From contig NC_045697.1 of NCBI RefSeq assembly GCF_009834535.1, positions 28,646,001 to 28,710,000 on the forward strand: a stretch of DNA of 64,000 nt. Direction: 5' to 3'. The position numbers and the translations under genes were made by a program. This document shows positions 38,977 through 51,602 of the stretch, one piece after another; positions within the stretch are counted from its first letter, which is position 1; every line of letters starts with the position of its first letter. The notes beneath the pieces were generated by a model. That model saw only the letters and a program-made list of their open reading frames with translations. It ran no database searches and was not told the DNA's origin. Origin of the DNA: Camelus ferus (Eukaryota).

Positions 38977-39473
38977 CTAAAGTGAAAAAATTATTAACAA
39001 TAGTGATAATAGCTTTTATAATTATCTTTCCTAACATTCTAACTACTTCAGTTAACATGTTTCCTTTTGGTTATTTCTAAATTTGAGGCAACATGTTACC
39101 TAGATGATACTGAAATACTTTTCTCAATTTTGAAGGCTACTAAAGACAAAGAATAACTTAAGATTATACAGTGGGTTCCTGGTAAAGCCAGGAAAATAAT
39201 TCATTACTGCCCAACATCAGAGCAATGTGTTCAAATCAAGCCACACTAATGACTGTAAAAAAAAATGCAGTTCATCCTAATAGTTTTATGCATTGTAAAT
39301 AGGACTCAGAAATAAGGATTTAAGATTTTAAGTACATCTTAATTACAACAGCATAGTATGAAAATTCCAGTGCTATCATAAAACTACAATAGAAATATAT
39401 GAAATAAAACCCCCTACAAATCAGTACATTGAGAAGATATATTTGCACTTTGGGAATTTTCCAAGTTACTTAC

Positions 39474-39678
39474 CAGTAGCCATGGGGTTCTGTTTAATGT
39501 ACTCCCTGCGTATGCTGATATTTTTAAGCAAACACTGTCGTGCATGTGCTCTTCTCTCCTTCACAGGATCTTTGGCACACAAGGCAAAGATCGCCATATA
39601 CTCCAATGGGAGCAGTAACTTCACAAGTGCCTTATGTAGCTTCTGAGCAAATATCTGCCTTACTTGATAGCACTCATC
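39474..39678 (-). CDS. PDS5A: PDS5A coding exon (205 nt), [68 protein letters not shown](E)
   Basis: ctgtag|GAT GAG ... ACT G|gtaagt. Confidence 0.96.
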
Positions 39679-39998
39679 CTACAGCAGCACAAAATCAAAA
39701 ATACTTACATAAAAATATTAGTACTTTCAAAACCATGTCAAAAACTCCTAGTTTATTTTTTGAAAATTGGCAAACATTTACAAAAGAGAAGTTTACGCAT
39801 TTTTAATGTCTTCATTTTAAAAAAAGATAATTACACTGAAGGAGTAAATAGCTTAATATTTGGGGGATAGCTAGTTACAGTAGTAATAAACCTCTTTTGT
39901 GCACAAATCCATACAGTAAATGGATCTATAATCCATAGAAAGTAAATTAATTTAACTTCGAAGGCCAAGTAATTAAGAAAAATAAGATTGTTACTTAC

Positions 39999-40122
39999 AT
40001 TAATAACAAGTGCACAGAGCTGAAACTGTTCTGGGGTTATAATTTCATGGTAACAAGGTTCCTGAGCAAGCTTCATTATGGCACTACCAGCAGCTAATCG
40101 CAAGCGAGACATATCAGATTTA
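39999..40122 (-). CDS. PDS5A: PDS5A coding exon (124 nt), [41 protein letters not shown]
   Basis: tttatag|T AAA ... AAT|gtaagt; inside ORF 39831..40151. Confidence 0.97.
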
Positions 40123-40344
40123 CTATAAACAAACAAAAAAGAAATAAACATTTCCTATAACTATTATTCATAAAATGCTTCAATTCCTTTTTGACAGTTA
40201 AGAGCTTTAGCATAATTTAAGCTTAAAATGACATAATGTACAAATATGGAAAGTTACTTTGAATCTTGAACTCAACACAGGGAAAAAGGCTCCAATCATT
40301 GACTATCTGATATTAAATTTATCTGCCTTTATTAAAAAAAAATT

Positions 40345-40742
40345 TTGTTTATTTTATTGAGGTATAGATTTACTATATATTAATTTCAGGTGTACAACAG
40401 TGATTCAAAAAATTTTTAAGGTTATACTCCAGTTATAGTTACTATAAAATATTGGCTATATTTTCTACACTGTACAGTATATCCTTATAGCTTATTTACT
40501 TTATACAAAGTAGTCTGTACCTCTTAATCCCCTACCCCTATCTTGCTCCTTTACTAGTTTGTTCTCTACATCTGTGAGTCTGTTTCTTTTCTGTTATAGT
40601 CACTAGTTTATTTTTTCAGATTCCACATATAAGTGATAACATACACTATTTGTCTTTCTCTGTCTGACCTATTTCACAAAGCATAATACCCTCCAGGTTC
40701 ATCCACGTTGTTCCAAATGGCAACATTTCATTCTCTTTTATG
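40345..40742 (-). mobile_element. Cetartiodactyl-type L1 3' end
   Basis: tttattgaggtatag...ttcagattccacatataagtgataac...catccacgttgttccaaatggc. Confidence 0.85.
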
Positions 40743-42528
40743 TTTGCCTTCATTTTTAGTTATGCTGTAGCTTAGATTCTCCACCACAGCCAAGCAACTC
40801 TGCTTACACTCACAATGGCACTAACTGCAATGCTACCAAAAACCACTTACATTACGAACTGTATTCTTCATTTTAAGAGAAAATTCATTCACTGTAGAAA
40901 ATTTGATATTGAAAAATTGTGAAAAATTAAAAATCACCTATCAGTTAAAATCTATTTCCTACAATTTTTAAGTGTACACACACACACACGATAGAAACAG
41001 AGCTTAAGTCTACACAGGTCTGATGAAATGGAGGGGCTAGGAATTAGGAGTTAATTTGCACCAGAAAAGGGGAGGCAGTGTCTCTCAGGTACTAGTCTCT
41101 GGGAGGAGACTTTGCTTTGTAGCATCAAGTATTCTGAGGGAACCTAGCAGGTCCAGGCACTCCCACCCCCACCGAGTGGACTTTTATTATCTAAATGGTA
41201 AAATGTGACAATGATATGGTGAAAAGACATTCTTCTTACTTTCACTTCTATGTGGAACACAGCATAGCTTTCATATTTTGAAAACTTCAGGAAATGTGGA
41301 AAACTTGGCCTGAATCCACAAGTGACTATTATTTAGCATACTAGAGGAGAAAACATGGCACTCTTGGACCACACGACTACCAAACTGAGCACTGGTAACA
41401 ATGAGGGACCCTCAAATGGCTTCTGAGGCAAATGATTCAGGAATTAAAAAAATTAATAGCTACTATTTGGGTGCTTAATCTATGCTAGGCAGTGTATGAA
41501 ACACTAATTTTCACTCTGTAACATGAGGAAACTGAGGCTTAGAAAAGTGATTTATACAAGTTAAAACAGCTAGCAATGGAGTATAGAGTTGAATAAGCCC
41601 AAGGTGAACCACAGGATATGTAATATCTGATTAAGACCTGCCTAATAATTTCGTGGTATGTATGTTCCAGTTAACCATTTCTGTTTTTTGTGATGATAAA
41701 AAATGCTGCACAGGGCATGTTTGTGTGTATAGTTTTGGATGATTCTTTTTTCATGAGTGTAATAAAGAGTCAAAGGATAACATTTTTAAGGATTTAGACA
41801 CAAAACGTCAAACTGTTCTGCCAAGACTGTGCCAATTTATATTCACACAAGTAATGAGGGAACCCATTTCCCTGATCTCATGGAGCAATGGTTGCTTAAA
41901 AAAATTTTATTTGTTGATTTAACAGGCAAGAGATATCACTTAAGTTAAAATTGTATTTATTGTATTTAGTGATGCTGAACATTTTTTTAAAAGATAAAAT
42001 TGGTAATATATAATCTTCAGCTCTATTGGGGATCCTGACTATTTGTCACTGATGTATAAGAACTCATTATTAAGCCTCTGCTATACACGGTACATAATTT
42101 CCCCAAACTTAGAACTTCTTACTATCTCCAATCTTCAGTCTGTTCATGCAAAGCTACTCTTGGCTTACTCTATGATAAAAATAACTTTTCATCATTTTCT
42201 TCAGTTTATCAAAGCATTCAGCATCTCTATTGTAACTGTGCAATATCTTATCTCTTCCACTAGAATCTATATTCCTTAGAGGGAGAAGTAATTGTACCTT
42301 TAAAAAAAACTTAGCAGTACTTGGAATGATCGTGCTCAATAAATGCTGAATGTATAAATGAACAGTAAGCCTATCCTCTAACACAAATTCTAAAGTAAGA
42401 ATGCAACACAAGTAGAATTTTTCAGTTATTTTTCCTGGACCCTAGTAAATCAAGAATTTGAAAGAGACAAGGTTAATGAAAATTTGGCTTTTATTTTCAT
42501 CTTAAAAGGAAGAGAAAGAAGGATAGTG

Positions 42529-42650
42529 TGGGGGTGGTATAGCTCAGTAGTAGAGTGTGTGCTTAGCATGCACAAAGTCCTGGGTTCAATCCCAGTACCT
42601 CCATTAAAAATAAATAAATAAACCTAACTATCCACTCCCCCTCCCTCTAA
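42529..42650 (+). mobile_element. tRNA-derived camelid-type SINE
   Basis: ggtatagctcagtagtagagtgtgtgcttagcatgcacaaagtcctgggttcaatcccagtacctcc...aaataaacctaa. Confidence 0.88.
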
Positions 42651-43251
42651 AAAGAAGAGACGGTGATTTCACAGATTTGAAGAGTGAAAATGTGTAGAAA
42701 TGGAAACTTTTTTTTTTTTTGCATCTGCAGAACTTTGAATACTCTTCAGCAAACCACAGGAAGGCTGCAACTCTTCCTTCTTTGAACCTATACTAAAATT
42801 TGTATTCCTTTCATGGCACCAAGTTACTTTACTTGTTCAGTCACCACACTATAGGGTAAGTTCCTTAAAGACAGGAACTGAATTTTATTTGTTTTTGCTG
42901 CAATGCTTTTCATAGTGTTTCATAAAGAGTAGTAATTCAACAAATACTTATTTAATTGAACAAAATGTTGAAGCTAACTGTAACACTGCTATAGTGATTA
43001 TGACTAAAAATTTACTGGAAAAAGAAGTCTCTAGGAATGAAGAAAAATATACCATCGTTATTGAGATATAAACCCCAAATGAGTACATAAAAATTGAATG
43101 CAAAGCACATAGTGCAGTTACAACAGTCAACAATAATTAATCCACAACATTGCAAACTGACTATACTTCAATGAAAAAAAATTAGTTAATCCTATGTAAG
43201 CTTAAATAAGATCTTGAGCGTAAAAAAACTGAAAAGGGAGAAAAATCTCAC

Positions 43252-43388
43252 CTGATCCTCTTTTGCTCTGTCAGGTCACCCTCACTAACCAACATCGCTG
43301 ATAATAACCGAAGAGTTGAATTGGCAGATTTGGACTGGTTGTTTTTCATACCCAACAGCCATCTTACCAGAAGTTTAATTGCCTGTAC
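43252..43388 (-). CDS. PDS5A: PDS5A coding exon (137 nt), [45 protein letters not shown](S)
   Basis: tttatag|GTA CAG ... ATC AG|gtgaga. Confidence 0.96.
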
Positions 43389-44524
43389 CTATAAAATATT
43401 AACATGCTAAAAAAAGAAAGCAACTTAAAATTCCACTTAAAGGGAAAATTGGTTTATGTTAGTTAGATTTGTGAATTACCTAACTGCCAGCAGACATATT
43501 TTAGTAAACAAATAAATAAACAATATTTATTCTGTTTAATCTGCACCAGGTACCTTCCCCAGAGCTGTAAATATATTACTTTATTTACTCTCCCAAACAA
43601 CTCTCTGAGCGAGGTTTTCTTATTTCCAATAAATAAGGCAATTTAGACACATTACTATGATAGATGACTTGCCCAAGGCCTGACTCCCAAACTCAGACTT
43701 TTCACACTTGGACACTTGTCCAATATTTTCAACTTATTTAAAAATATATTGCTTAAAAATTATTTAAACTATACTAATTTTAGTGATTAAAAATAACTAT
43801 TTAGATAGACTTTAGTATTTTTTATAGTACTGAAAAACTATTTTGAAGAAACCATTAAGTCTGATTCAGTCTCACTTAACATTCTGATTTAAAAACAAAA
43901 CTAGGAGATTCTGTAATTATTCATAGTCATAGTTACTTGGCGGTTTATACTCAAAAGGTTGTTACCAATATACATGAAAGAACTAGCTAAGGATCTAGGT
44001 AGTATTTATCATATTTATTGACAACCTGAAAAAAGGAATTGATAGAATATATGATGACTATGAAGTTACTCAAGGTGAAACAGATTATCAAGTAAAATGA
44101 TAATGAATAAATTTTGTTTTAAATCCCAAGACTACCACTTTAAAAATTTTTACCAGAGTACAATTTAAATCTATCAAAAGTTACCAATTCGATGACAACC
44201 ATCTGTTTTTGACAAGTTAATATTTATATGCTTGTAGAGCAACAGTGGTAATGAGACTAGACTTGAGATGCTTCTGAGCATCAACATTCTACAACAATCT
44301 CTGTGTAAAACAGCCTCACTGCAATTGTCTTAGCAGGCAGGCAGGTCTACAGAACATTCTGACATACATATATAAAAATAACTCAATAACAACTAAAATT
44401 TGAGTAACATACAACTTTTAAAGCACCTGATTTAAAAATGCTTATTAGCTGTTAGGTTAAAAAAAGATATCTATAAATGTTCATTATTTAAACATAAAAG
44501 TTATCAAGACCTACACAAATTTAC

Positions 44525-44593
44525 CTTTGCTAGTACTTCAGGGGAAACCTCTTCATCTGGAGACCATAATTTTCCATTCTTTTCACCTGTTGA
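44525..44593 (-). CDS. PDS5A: PDS5A coding exon (69 nt), STGEKNGKLWSPDEEVSPEVLAK
   Basis: tctgtag|TCA ACA ... GCA AAG|gtaaat. Confidence 0.96.
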
Positions 44594-44699
44594 CTACAGA
44601 CAGATTTTACTTTTAGAAAAAATTTTAAAATTTTGCTCGTTAAGTTTTTCATGCTGAACAATGCAGTGCTCCAGGATACTCACAGGAAATGGACCAAGT

Positions 44700-46360
44700 A
44701 GTGACTGGAAAAGAACAAAGCTGGAGGGCTCAAACTTCTTGAGTTTGAAACTTACTACAAATCTATAGTAATCAAGACAGTGTGGTCAGTACTGACATAA
44801 CAACCAATGGAACGAAACAGAGAACCCAGAAATCTCTCACGCATATGGCCAATTGGTTTTTAACAAGAATGCTGAGACCAATTATTGGGAACAGTCTCTA
44901 CAACAAATGGTGCTGGAAAAAAGTAGATACAGCCACATGCAAAGGAATTAAAGCTGGACTATTATCTCATATCATATACAAAAATTAACTTAAAAAATGG
45001 ATCAAAGATCTTAATTTAAAAGCTAAAACTATAAAACTCTTAGAACATGATGTAGGGAAAAAACTTCATGATCTTGGATTTGGCAAATGTCTGACAAAGG
45101 TATAAGACTCAGAATATATAAAGAATTCTTACAACTCAACAACAAACAATTAAAAGTGGGCAAAGGACTCAATATCCAAAGAAGATAAACAAATGGCCAA
45201 TAAGCACATGAAAAAAATTCTCAACATCATTAGTCATTAGGGAAACAAATCAAAACCACAAGATACTTCTTTACACCTACTGGGATGACTATCAACAAAA
45301 CAGGAAAGAGTAGGTGTTGACCAAGATGTGGAGAAACTGGAAGCCTTGTGCATTGCTTCTAGGAATGTAAAATGGTACAGCCACTTCGGAAAACAGTTTG
45401 GCAGTCCCTCAAAAAGTTCAAAATAGAATGACCATGTAACCCAGCAATTCCACTCCTAGGTATATAACATAAGAATTTGAAAACAATGACTCAAATGTTC
45501 AGATCAGCATTATTGACAATAGTCAAAAGGTGGAAAAAACCCAACTGTCCATACAACAGAATATTATTCTGGCATAAAATGAAGTTCTTCGGAGGATGGT
45601 ATAGTTCAAGTGGTAGAGCGCATGCTTAGCATATACAAGGTCCTGGGTTCGATCCCCAGTACCTCCTCTAAAAATAAACAAATAAGTAACCTAATTACCC
45701 ATCCCCCGCAAAAATGTTCTGATACATACTATAATATAGATGAACCTTGAAACCATTATGCCAAGTGAAATATGTCAGACACAAAAGGATAAATACTATA
45801 TGATAAGAGGTATCCAAAATAGGCAAATTCATGGTGCAGGAAAGAACAAGAGAGGTTACCAGAGGCTGGGGGGAGGAGGCAATGAGGAGTTACTGGTTAA
45901 TGGATACAGTCTCTATCTAAGATGATAAAATTCTGGAAATAGGGGTAGTGGTTACACAACAACGTGGCTGTTTATTTTAGGTGGTAGCTTGGGCCATTTT
46001 GGAGAGTTACTCAGCTTTCCTGTGTTATCCCCTGTGTATTTAGGAGGTACATGTTAGTAAACTTGTTTGCTTTTTCTTTTCTTTTTTTTTTTTTAGTAAA
46101 AGTAGATTTATTTAGAGAGATGTACACGGGGACGGTGGGGGTGGTGGGGAGGTTAAAGGTAGACACATTCTCCATAGAGTGCGGGTCATCTCGGAAGGCA
46201 AGAGAGAGCGAGCACCTGTTGGCTTTTAATAAACAAAACAAAACAAAAAATGCCCAACAACAAAACCAAGAACATGGGTGTATATAATGTGAGTGAACTG
46301 CACACTTAAAAGTGGTAAAAATGGCAAAGTTTATATTATGTATATTTTACCACACACAAA
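44700..46360 (+). mobile_element. L1MB-type 3' portion interrupted by a SINE and LTR-like retrocopies
   Basis: aaagaacaaagctggagggctc...acttactacaa...caaatggtgctggaaa...cccagcaattccactcctaggtata...gaactgcacacttaaaagtggtaaaaatgg. Confidence 0.85.
45591..45715 (+). mobile_element. tRNA-derived camelid-type SINE nested in L1
   Basis: ggtatagttcaagtggtagagcgcatgcttagc...ggttcgatccccagtacctcc...acctaattacc. Confidence 0.88.
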
Positions 46361-47301
46361 GGAGAGAACCATCTTAAAACAGAATTTATCAACAATCAAG
46401 TCATCACTTAAGAGATGTCTTAAATTTTACATTTGTTGCCCGCCGGCCACATCCATCAACAGTGCAGAGAAAAGCATGAATGCATGCAATGGGAAATGAG
46501 ACTTTGGCCAAACTCTTCCATCCTTGTCTATCTCGTCCAAACAGGGAGAGGGAAAAGAGGAAGGAGTGCACTGGCAAGTATCTTTCTTTTTAAGTTCAGA
46601 TATTGAGGGTTCAAAGACTATTGAACCATGTAGAAGGACTAGGTAACCTGGGTAGTTAGTACTGCATTGAAAGTCATCCACAATTGTCCAGCAGGTAACA
46701 CCAATTTGTGTCTTCATTCAATTAACTCTTTTATTTAGATCCATTTGGTAAAGTGGTGATTCCAATCAGATGTATGGTTCAGAAATCACTCAGGGAGCCT
46801 TTTCAAGCTAGACATCCCTAAGCTGTAACCCAAAGGTGAATAAATCAGGGTGCGTGCTTGCTCTCTCTCTTACATGCGCATCTTTCAATAACTAAAACAA
46901 TACATTAACTCTAGTCCCAAAAGTGCAATGTAATTAATTACATTTCAAGAAGCTAGTCAAATACAATTCCAGTTATATTTTAAACAATGTTTGATAAAAC
47001 AAAAAGCACTCCAGTAAATTGTCCTTCAAATATTAGGATAACAGCATCTGACTTACACTTTTCACTTCATGATTCATCCATCTCATGTTCTCATGTTTTT
47101 CTTTCTTAAATATTAAGTTCTACTAATAGCTACACAGAAGTCAGAATGTCATTTGGAAATTTAAATAAGGAGGGAAAATATATAATAACTTAAAAGTAAA
47201 AGAGAATTATATAGAGAGAGAAGCAGAAATGCTGTTTCTGTGACAAAAATGCAAACCATCTTAATCTCATGATTCTAAATTTAATTAAATGAGAAACTTA
47301 C

Positions 47302-47460
47302 CCTGTCATTCATTAGCAGATCTTTCACAATAAAATTTGCTACTACAGATTTCATTGGGGAAGCAAATTGATCTGGTGCTAACATGGAAATGTGGCCCAG
47401 TGAAACTAATGGAGTTATAAGTTGTTCTGGTACATCAGCATTCAGACTCCTGCTGAGTGG
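47302..47460 (-). CDS. PDS5A: PDS5A coding exon (159 nt), [53 protein letters not shown]
   Basis: tttatag|CCA CTC ... GAC AGG|gtaagt. Confidence 0.96.
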
Positions 47461-48274
47461 CTATAAAAATAAAACAGTCAAAATTACCATTCTGTTCTAT
47501 AAATATCTAGACATTTTACGGAAACAGTACATGTTCCTAAGTCCCTGAATTTATCACGCCAAAACAAATCTGTTCTAATGAGATGATCAAAAGTAACTTC
47601 AGCCGTACTAAACACTTGATTCTTATTCTACATTCTGAAATTTAATAAGATTGAAAGAATACAGAATGATAAAAGAAAAAAAAAGGCCCACATAAAAGGT
47701 ACAATGCAAGAATATTTCTGCACTGTCAAATCAGCATTATTTTCAAGTCATGTGCAATAGGTTTGTTATGTTGGTGGATTTCTTATCCTGTGGGGACATT
47801 TTAAATGATCATGGATCATTAAAAATAAGAGTTTACTGGGTTCCATTCATACTGCATCCAATTTATGGTAATAGGAATACTTTTCTAGTAGTGGAATCAG
47901 GCCATGGATCATACATAAGGAAAGGCAAACAAAACTAATTTTCAAGTAGGGTTGTCAGGCACTTTAAGCTGGGTGATTTAAAGTCATCTACTAATAATTT
48001 CTGAGGCTAATAGGACCACTGAGCCAATAAGCTGACATTAAGTAAAATGTAACACAAACACACAAAACATCTTTCAGTATGTAGTATCTGAACATATAAT
48101 CCCATCTAAAGTATGGGACTATTTAAAGTGCTGAATAAAAGAGAGTCCCTGCTCCCATGGAATTTATTTTCTGGAGTGGGACTAAAAAGCTAAAAAAAAC
48201 TACCTTCTATCTTTATCAAACTATAGAGCATAAAAATAAGAATCAACTAAAACACATCCTATAGTTACACATAC

Positions 48275-48398
48275 CTCAAAAATCTGTGCAAGCTGGACTT
48301 CTTTATTTGTGAATATGGCATGTATACAGTGAACGGCCTGTTTTGCTTGGTGTGGAGTACCTCTCTTTGCTTTCTGATGTAAAATGGGAATTAAGGTC
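48275..48398 (-). CDS. PDS5A: PDS5A coding exon (124 nt), [41 protein letters not shown]
   Basis: ttttccag|G ACC ... GAG|gtatgt; inside ORF 48221..48484. Confidence 0.97.
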
Positions 48399-48909
48399 CT
48401 GGAAAAAAATATCATAGTTTTTAAAAAGCCCATTAACCACAAGTAGTTCTTTTTGTTGTCTCCTACTTCATCTCCAGAAACCATTTGGATGTATGCTGGT
48501 AGAAAGCCTCTTTTAAAAATTACCTGATCTATAGAAAGATTTAAAGCTCCTTCTCTGTCACCAAGTAAAATCCAAGAAATAACAATGCCTCAAAAAAGGC
48601 TACTCCAGGAGATAATTTTCACTTTAAAGCCACTGCATGAATATGGAGAAATAAACAAGCCACCCTTAATTTATAACCTAAAATTTGACCCATACCATAA
48701 TTTTACAGTTACCTTCTAAGAAGATTCCTAAATTTCCTACTTCCCTTTCACAATCCCCTTCAGTTATTTTAAAGCAGCCATGGTGGGGGGTGGGGTGGGG
48801 AGGAGCAAAAGGCCAAGTTTTACTTAAAAACTGAAATGAGCATACCAGTAAAAGGGAGAATGAAAGGATACAGACACATAGATAGAAAAGTAATAAAACA
48901 TTTAACAAT

Positions 48910-49140
48910 TATTAAGTACTTGTGCCAAGCACTGTTCTGTTTTTTTTTAACATGAATTAATTAAATTAATCCTCAAAATAGCCCAAAGAAAACTATTATT
49001 ATAGTCATTAAATGGATGAGAAAACTAAAGCACAAACATATTCATTTAAATTTCTTAAGGTGACAGAGCTAGGAAATGGTGAAGTTGGGATTTGAAGACA
49101 AACATTTCTGTTCCAAATCTATGCACTTAACCACACAGAC
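48910..49140 (-). mobile_element. MIR SINE
   Basis: tgtgccaagcactgttc...aatcctcaaaatagccc...gatgagaaaactaaagcac...aaggtgacagagctaggaaatggtgaagttgggatttgaa. Confidence 0.7.
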
Positions 49141-50817
49141 ACTGAAGATTAAAAGTAAAACAATCTTTCTATAGGACAATATGGAAATACATAATACAGT
49201 TATAATGCATTAAGTGTTGATGATATGGGAAAACATTTAGTAGAATGAAGAAAATGGCATGTTTGTATCAACTTATTAAAAAATTGGCATATAATCAAGT
49301 AAATAGAATATTCATAAAATTATATATCAAAATGTTAATAGTGACTTTCTTTTCCTTTTTCCTTTCTAAAGTTTCAGCTTTTTGCAATGAACTTATTACA
49401 TATTTTTTTTAAATCAGAAGAAAATCCACAGGCAAAACAAAAAATTTAAGGAAAGATACTTGTCATACATTTAATGCAATACTATTTTATAGATTATAAG
49501 GTCACTGATACCATATGCAATGTGACAAAGGGTCCTCTTATACTAATGGGAGGCTAGACATTAAGAGCAATACCCCAGACCCCAGGTCATGCACCTCAAT
49601 CAAAAAACTGGAACATATGCTAGTCAGTATAAGTTTAATTTGATATTTATGAACATGCCACATTTCTCTCCATGCAGATTTAGAATTATGAGAGGTATTT
49701 TCATGCCCAAATAGCCTCCTTGACTGAGCACTGTTTAAGTCTGTATTTCAAACCAATTTACCAGGGTAATAGTTCTTGTAACACTAGTAGGTAACAAAGG
49801 AAGATACCATGTTGATCAAATTATTGTTAAGTGTATTATTAATTAGCCTAATGAAATGGTGATACATAAGTCAACTTTAACCTTTCTAGTGTGCTATAAT
49901 CCAGTGATGTCATCAGGGTTATTACTGAGGTCTGCAGTGTTGTGCTTCTCTGCTTTTCAGTGATTCTCTCATTCCTTCCCCATTAGTCTTAACAACAAGA
50001 GGTTTTATTCCTTGTGTCCAAAGTTAACTCTTCCACTGCTTCTTTTGGGATAGAATTCCTTTAAGAATAAATCTTTACCTTAAAAAATTGTATAGGTTTT
50101 CCTACCTTGAAAGACTCACAAATAAATTTATCCTACTCTGTCAATGATTTTTTCTATAATATACAAATACAAAGATTATCATTTCTAGAGTATAAACTCC
50201 TTAAGAGAGTAAGGACTGTCTGTGGTAATTCTTTCACATTAGCCAGTACAGTGCTGCAATGAAAACAACATACAATAAATATCGAATTATTTCTCAAATT
50301 TAAATTACTGGCTCACAAATTTAAAGTCATGAGTTCTCTTAGTATTATTACCCTGTGAGGAAAAACTGGTTTGATTTGGAAATACTCTGAACTATTTACA
50401 TATACACCTTGAAAGTGTGATTCAATAGCTTTCAGCAATGTGTTCTTCCTCCAAAAGACATGTCCCACATTTTATGTCTAAATATAAGCTCAGCACGATG
50501 TTGATCCTAAGGCAATCCCTTTAAGACGCCAAAGTGAAAATATCAAAGTGTATTTCATTCTTAAGAGGAGAGGGGAAGTAATCTAGAGGGAGTGATAAGA
50601 GCACCATGGCAACAAATAAATATTAAGCACATTACTTGATTATCCAATTCTTGGGTGGAAAATGAAGGTAGTAGCTTACTGAATTTATAACCCAGTTAGA
50701 AAAAGATGAACATACAATAATTAGGAAGATATATTAATCACAAGTTCTAAATTCTGTGGTAACTTTTGCTTATTAATATTAGTATCTAAAAATCATATTC
50801 TTTTTGAAAATTATTTT

Positions 50818-51215
50818 ATTTTTATTGAAGTACAGTCAGTTTACAATGTTGTGTCAATTTCTGGTATATAGCATGTTTTAGTCATATGTATACATACATA
50901 TTAGTTTTCATATGGGTTTATTATGGGTTACTACAAGATATTGAACCTAGTTCCCTGTGCTATACAGTATAAACTTGTTTATACATTTTATATACAATAA
51001 TTAGTATCTGCAAATCTCGAACTCCCAATTTTTCCCTTCCCAACCCCTCCCCACCGGTAACCATAAGTTTGCTTTCTGTATCTGTGAGTCTGTTTCTATT
51101 TTGTAAACAAGTTCATTTGTGCCTTTTTTAAGATTCCACATATAAGTGATATCATATGGTATTTTTCTTTTTCTTTCTGGCTTACTTTACTTAGAATGAT
51201 GATCTCTAGGTCCAT
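50818..51215 (-). mobile_element. Cetartiodactyl-type L1 3' end
   Basis: ttttattgaagtacagtcagtttacaatgttgtg...agattccacatataagtgatatcatatgg; near-TSD aaaattatttt / aaaataatttt. Confidence 0.87.
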
Positions 51216-51441
51216 TAAAATAATTTTCTTCAAACAAAGTTTCAACTTGTTCTTCTGCCCATATTCTAATGGTAGGGGAGAGTGTGAAGCAGAGAAAAGA
51301 TGAAACAAAGGATATAGAATAGTAGTTTCTAAATAAGAGTTGTCTTTCCTTTCTCCTGTCTTCCTGAGTGAAAGGGAAAAATGATCCTATGACTTCCACA
51401 CTTAGAAAACTTCTGTTTACCAATAGAAAAAACATACTCAC

Positions 51442-51602
51442 GATCGTATCTGGGGTAGGTCCGTTTCTATTTTGTGGCCTGTATTTCTAAAAATTTGTAT
51501 AGCAGCTTCTGCTACCTTGTCATCTTCCATTCTGAGGCACTGTAACAGGGACTCATATGTCTCTGCAGAGTGGAACGAGGTAGGATGTGTGAAAGACAGA
51601 AC
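51442..51602 (-). CDS. PDS5A: PDS5A coding exon (161 nt), [53 protein letters not shown](S)
   Basis: ctctag|GTT CTG ... CGA TC|gtgagt. Confidence 0.96.
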
